From Octopus vulgaris (taxonomy: Eukaryota), in assembly GCA_951406725.2 (NCBI GenBank), contig OX597829.1, positions 47,244,001 through 47,308,000 on the forward strand: a stretch of 64,000 bases of DNA. The letters run 5' to 3'. Under the pieces are notes generated by a model. The model was given only the letters and a program-made list of their open reading frames with translations, was not told the origin of the DNA and did not search any database. This document shows, piece by piece, positions 58,620 to 64,000 of the stretch. A program made the translations under genes and the position numbers. Each line of letters begins with the position of its first letter. Position 1 is the first letter of the stretch.

Positions 58620-58694
58620 ATATTTTACTATAAAATTGGATTCAATCCTAAATTTGATTTTTCCCTGTAAGTTTGGATTTATTCCCTAATATTT

Positions 58695-58740
<46 letters not shown>

Positions 58741-58742
<2 letters not shown>

Positions 58743-58955
58743 TTACTACCCAGAAGGGGCGAAACGCAAATGGGGCAAACAAGGACAGGCAAAGGGATTT
58801 AAGTCGATTACATCGACCCCAGTGCATAGCTGGTACTTAATTTATCGACCCCGAAAGGATGAAAGGCAAAGTCGACCTCGGCGGGATTTGAACTCAGAAC
58901 GTAGCGGCAGACGAAATACCGCTAATCATTTCGCCCGGCTTGCTAACGTTTCTGC
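58741..58955 (-). mobile_element. SINE family B
   Basis: Matches the core. Confidence 0.85.
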
Positions 58956-59284
58956 TCTCTTAATACGTATAACTGCAGAAGTGTTAGATTCTCTTCGGTG
59001 TCTTCCTTCAGTATATTTATCAAATGTTCTGTGGTTTCTCAGTTACGAATTACCATTTGTAAGGTTTTATTTTATCATATGCTTCTTTATCTCTCCTTTG
59101 CTTCATAATCTTACTAGTGTTATTTGTAGAAACAGTACTTTACAGTATATTTTTTTAGTCATTTTAATAATTTGTATATATTTATTTTATTATAAATGCC
59201 AGACAACACCATACAGGAAGTGACGTAAGCTTAAATAATAAACCGCAACAGGTGAACTGCGATATGGCGAGAGATTACTGTATT

Positions 59285-59626
59285 TGCATGTATGTATGTA
59301 TGTATGCATGTATGTATGTATGTATGTATGTATGCATGAATGTATGTATGTGTGTATGTATGTATATATGCATGTATGTATGTATTTATGTATGTATGTA
59401 TGTATGTATGTATGTATGTATGTATGTATGTATGTATGTATGTATGTATGTATGCATGTATATATGCATGTATGTATGTATTTATGTATGTATGTATGTA
59501 TGTATTTATGTGTGTATGTATGTGTGTATGTATGTATGTATGTGCGTGTGTATGTATGTATGTGTGTATGTATGTATGTATGTATGTATGTGGGTATGTA
59601 TGTGTGTATGTATGTATGTATGTATG

Positions 59627-59657
<31 letters not shown>

Positions 59658-59915
59658 GTATGTATGTGTGTATGTATGTATTTATGTATGTATGTATGTA
59701 TGTATGTATGTGTGTATGTATGCATGCATGTGTGTATGTATGTATGTATGTATGTGTATGTATGTATGTATGTATGTATGTATGTATGTATGTATGTATG
59801 TATGTATGTATGTATGCATGTATGTATGTATGTACGTATGAATGTATGTATGTATGCATGTATGTATGTATGTTTGTATGTATGTATGTATGTTTGTATG
59901 TATGTATGTATGTAC
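59285..59915. repeat. (TATG)n microsatellite
   Basis: Direct reading. Confidence 0.95.
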
Positions 59916-59919
59916 GTCG

Positions 59920-60790
59920 CTTCTATTTTTTAATTATTATAATTCTTCCACTGAGGAGGAAACCGGTTTCCAACAAAGATACAAGTCTCCATCTTTGGGA
60001 TGTAGTTAACACAGACAAATTCACATTTGGAACTTGAGTAAAGTCTTGCATATTTTTACTGTTCCACTCGCTGATTGCACTTGTAATGTAAGAATTAGCC
60101 AGTCGATTTCTCTTTCTGAAGATCCCAGTTTTATCCAGATTCTCCTTTAAGCATTTACTAACAAAACCTAATGCTCCAATTATTATTGGCATAAATATAA
60201 ATTCATAGTCTGGATATAGAAGCTGTAAGGTTTCGATGCAGTTGTCCATAGATATCCTCTCTTTCTTTGATTTTGAAAGAGATATTTATATCTGCAGGGC
60301 AGCTAACCTCTATGATGGTACATACTTTTGCCCCTCTGTCCCAAACAACAATATCTGGCCTGTTAATGTTTACATTTGACAAAAGTTTTGATGGGAATAT
60401 TCCACCAGTATTCCTTGAGTTGGTGTTTATGAATCTATTCCAAAACAGATGTATTTTCTAAGTTTATTTCAGGACAGTTCTTTTTTCTTTTTTCTTTGCG
60501 GATGGTTTTGTAAATAGTTTTATCAACAACATCGTGCCGCATAGGGAGGCAGTACCGTGGTGATAACTTAGGACAGCTGTTAATGTTTTCCACAGAAACA
60601 TGACAAAATGTGATGTGATGTAGAGGTCTTGTGTCCAAGAGAGGCTGTGCTTCGCGTTTATTCTACTGTCTACTTCAAGCTTCCGGGCAACATGCCCATG
60701 CATGATCTCTTTTTTTTTCTTTGTATGCTGAGTGCTTTCCATTCAGGGGGCTTGGAAAAATACTGCAATGAGATCCCGGAGAGAACAGAA
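59920..60790 (-). mobile_element. RLE LINE 3' portion flanked by (CATA)n on its sense strand
   Basis: MHGHVARKL...RPDIVVWDRGAKVCTIIEVSCPADINI...LQLLYPDYEFIFMPIIIGALG. Confidence 0.85.
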
Positions 60791-60876
60791 AAATATTTCA
60801 TTATCGCGGAGCTTTAGATATATGTATGTATAATTCTGTGTTTATCTGTCTGTTTGTATGTATGTATGTATATATG

Positions 60877-61109
60877 TATTTCTTTATTGCCCACAAGGGG
60901 CTAAACATAGAGGGGACAAACAAGGACAGAGGAACGGATTAAGTCGATTACATCGACCCCAGTGCGTAACTGGTACTTAATTTATCTACCCCGAAAGGAT
61001 GAAAGGCAAAGTCGACCTCGGCGGAATTTGAACTCACAACGTAACAGCAGACGAAATACGGCTACGCATTTCGCCCGGCGTGCTAACGTTTCTGCCAGCT
61101 CGCCGCCTT
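60877..61109 (-). mobile_element. SINE family B
   Basis: Full copy. Confidence 0.88.
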
Positions 61110-61262
61110 ACATTGTATGTATGTATGTATGTATGTATGTATGTATGTATGTATGTGTGTATGTATGTATGTATGTACGTACTTACGTATGTATGTATGT
61201 ATGTATGTATGTATGTATGTATGTATGTATGTATGTATGTATGTATGTATGTATGTATATAT

Positions 61263-61316
<54 letters not shown>

Positions 61317-61439
61317 GTTTATCTATCTATCTACCGGTATATTCATTCATATCATATCTGAAGGTGAACGACCTTTATACTGTGCCCTCCTACGTTCTCA
61401 ACAGAATATATCATTTGTGAACCGATGCGAAACGAACCT

Positions 61440-61645
61440 CCACCAACTATTCTGCCTTTATGTCTGTGCACACCTTTCAATTCAATGTGTGTCAGAAGGT
61501 TTGCAAATCTAATTGAGGCCTCAAAAGACATTTTAAGATCCACAAAGATCAGAACTTGGTGATCCCAAATCGCATATGCAATATATGTGGGTGTCTTTTC
61601 AGAATATCGTCTAGTTTAAAACGCGACATCAGATACTATGATGGT
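61440..61645 (+). pseudogene. Decayed C2H2-like zinc-finger remnant (probably an RTE LINE tail)
   Basis: VCQKVCKSN*GLKRHFKIH...CNICGCLFRISSSLKRDIR. Confidence 0.4.
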
Positions 61646-61717
61646 AAGAAGGTGTAAGTATAGGAGGTGGTCAAACTCTTCATAAGGAGTAGACAACCAT
61701 CGTACATATATATATAT

Positions 61718-62866
61718 ATCCGCCTTGCCAACGACACACCGGTCTCACGCCATTTCCGCTCCACCGGTCACTCCTTGCAACACCTGTCTGTGTTCGGTTT
61801 GTCCTTGCACAGAGGCCATCCGGATTCCCGTTTGCGCCGTGAACAGGAATTAATCTTCTCTCTTCGCTCTTTCACGCCATTTGGTCTCAACTCTCCCCCT
61901 CCTCATCTAACACCCCTCTCCTCCTCCTCATCTACTTCTCTTCAGTCCTTCATCCTTTCACCCCTACTCCCTTTCCCTCCTCTTCCCTTCTTCCCTCTTT
62001 CTTCTTCTCTCTTCCCCTTCCCTCTTTCTCTCTGCTCCCTCACTCCCCTTCTCTCTCCCTCTCCCCCTCTCCCTCTATCCTCCCTCCTCCTCTCCCTCTT
62101 CTTCTTCTCTCCTTCTCTTCTCCTCTCCTTCCTTCTCCCCCTCCTCCTCCCTTCTCCTCCCTCCTCTTCTCCTCTTTCCTTCTCCCCACTCCCCTCCCCC
62201 TCATCTTATCTCCCCCTCATCTCATCTCACCCTCACCACCCCTCCTTCTTTCCTTCTCCCCCTCTCCCCCTCCTCACTCTCACCTTTCCCCTTCTCCCTC
62301 CTCTTCTCCTCTTTCCTTTTCCCCTCCTCTTTCCTTTCCTCCCCTCTTCCTTTCTCCCACTCTCCCACTCCCCTCTCTCCTCTCCTTTCTCTCCCCCTTA
62401 CCTCCCTCTCCTCCCCCTTATCTCCACCCTCCTCCTCCTCCCCTCTCTCCCTCATCTCCTGTCTCTACATCACACCATACAACTTTACACATCACATCAT
62501 ATATACATACACACGTCCAGACCTCTCATACGCACTACATACTCTCTCATACACACACACACTCTTATGTTGGGGCGAGGTCACTTGACCCTGTTATCTC
62601 CCCTAATTTCGCTCTTGCGTCTCACGTTTGATCTTTGACTTCTGGCCGAAATCAGATCACCATGTTGATTCGCTAGACTCTGCACGCATTTTTTCTCTCT
62701 CCTTGTTTCTTTCCGTGTTTCTTTTCTGTGTATCTTTCTGTTGAAGATCGTAGGCTCGAAACGTAAAAGACTTGTTTTATTTATATTCCTGAGCGCCATA
62801 CTAATACAATTGTTTGTTTGTATTCCACCTGCCTTCGTCTTTTGTTTATTTTCATAAAGCTTCCCG

Positions 62867-62867
<1 letters not shown>
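61718..62867 (+). mobile_element. Penelope-like element pseudo-LTR (GIY-YIG C-terminus, CT-rich tract, variant hammerhead)
   Basis: PVSRHFRSTGHS...RLRREQELIFSLRSFTPFGLN. Hammerhead-like motif at 62733-62770. (TA)n on both sides. Confidence 0.8.
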
Positions 62868-62934
<67 letters not shown>

Positions 62935-63749
62935 AATACCGGAGTAAACACAAATGTGAAACAAGGTGGAAAAAATACTCAAATACCAGGTGTATATAAT
63001 ATATATTTATTTAAATAAAGTATATATATATATACACCAATTAAGGACTGCACGCGAAAAGTGGACAGTCAACATGCTAGATATAGACGTCAAATCGCCA
63101 TTCTCCACAAAAAGTTTATGTTCTCAGATCAAACTCAACAAAACCAAAGCAATAAACAAGTGAAAAATATACGAAATAAATATTTACCCATGTACTAAAT
63201 TTAGTTTCAGCCATTATTTTCCGCAAGGAAAAGTGCAGCATCATCAGCATGGTCCCATATAAAATATAATTTGCTGGACTAAATGCCAACACGACACCAA
63301 AATATCGCGTGCATGGAGTCCGGCCTATTACATTTGAAATATATATTTCAAATGCTTTTACTTTTGGCGCGATGAGACCCGAGAAAACTAACATATATAT
63401 ATATATATATATAGTTGATGAGTATTCCGTTAAGAACCTATTAGAGTACAAAATAAAGCTCGTTCACCATTAGAATTACCAGATACCCGGCAGTATAATG
63501 GTATAGTGCCTCTTATATATATATATATATTACATACATACATACATACATATATACATACATACAACCAGGTGTATCAGTTTGATACCCGATACCGGGC
63601 AGTATAATGTCATATTGCCTCTGATATATATATATATATATTACATACATACATACGTACATACATAAATACATGCATACATACATATATACATACATAC
63701 ATACATACATACATACATACATACATACATACATACATACATACATACA

Positions 63750-63890
63750 AACATACAACCAGGTGTATCTGTTTGATTCTCGAGAAGGAAGGGAAAAGTC
63801 TTCGAGGTTTCGGGGCATACGCTCTTCGACGGAAAGGGATGAAAGGTAAAGAAGTGGAAGGAGAAAGAAAAAGCGGAGAGCGAAAAAATT
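63750..63890 (-). mobile_element. Second Penelope-like pLTR fragment
   Basis: Minus strand ctttccgtcgaagagcgtatgccccgaaacctcgaagactt is homologous to 62733-62773. Confidence 0.6.
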
Positions 63891-63896
63891 TGTATC

Positions 63897-64000
63897 AGGA
63901 GTGGCTGTGTGGTAAGTAGCTTGCTTACCAGCCACATGGTTCCGGGTTCAGTCCCACAGCGTGGCACCTTGGGCAAGTGTCTTCTACTATAGCCTCGGGC
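63897..64000 (+). mobile_element. SINE family A head (runs off the window)
   Basis: aggagtggctgtgtggtaagtagcttgcttacc... Confidence 0.9.

Overview
This window is AT-rich, microsatellite-saturated eukaryotic intergenic or intronic DNA. The SINE families and repeat landscape suggest a cephalopod (Octopus-like) genome, which is an inference. No host protein-coding gene can be called with confidence. Almost all ORFs in the track are translations of simple repeats or of decayed retroelements. The window contains three tRNA-type SINE families, R4/Dong-like restriction-endonuclease (RLE) LINE fragments sitting in (TAA)n or (CATA)n tracts, CR1-, Tx1-, RTE- and Penelope-like remnants, mariner/Tigger/hAT MITEs and two non-autonomous Helitrons. 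The standout is a 4.5-kb tandem array (8695-13227) of a 109-bp unit. Its minus strand folds as a type I hammerhead ribozyme (CUGAAGA...GAAA...GUU), giving about 41 ribozyme motifs in a row, and the array ends in a head-to-head inversion that breaks inside hammerhead stem II. A separate near-canonical hammerhead (37231-37327), two other palindromes centred on hammerhead stem II, and a Penelope GIY-YIG pseudo-LTR with a variant hammerhead suggest a local ribozyme/retrozyme system mobilised by Penelope-like machinery. Ribozyme activity is predicted from sequence only.
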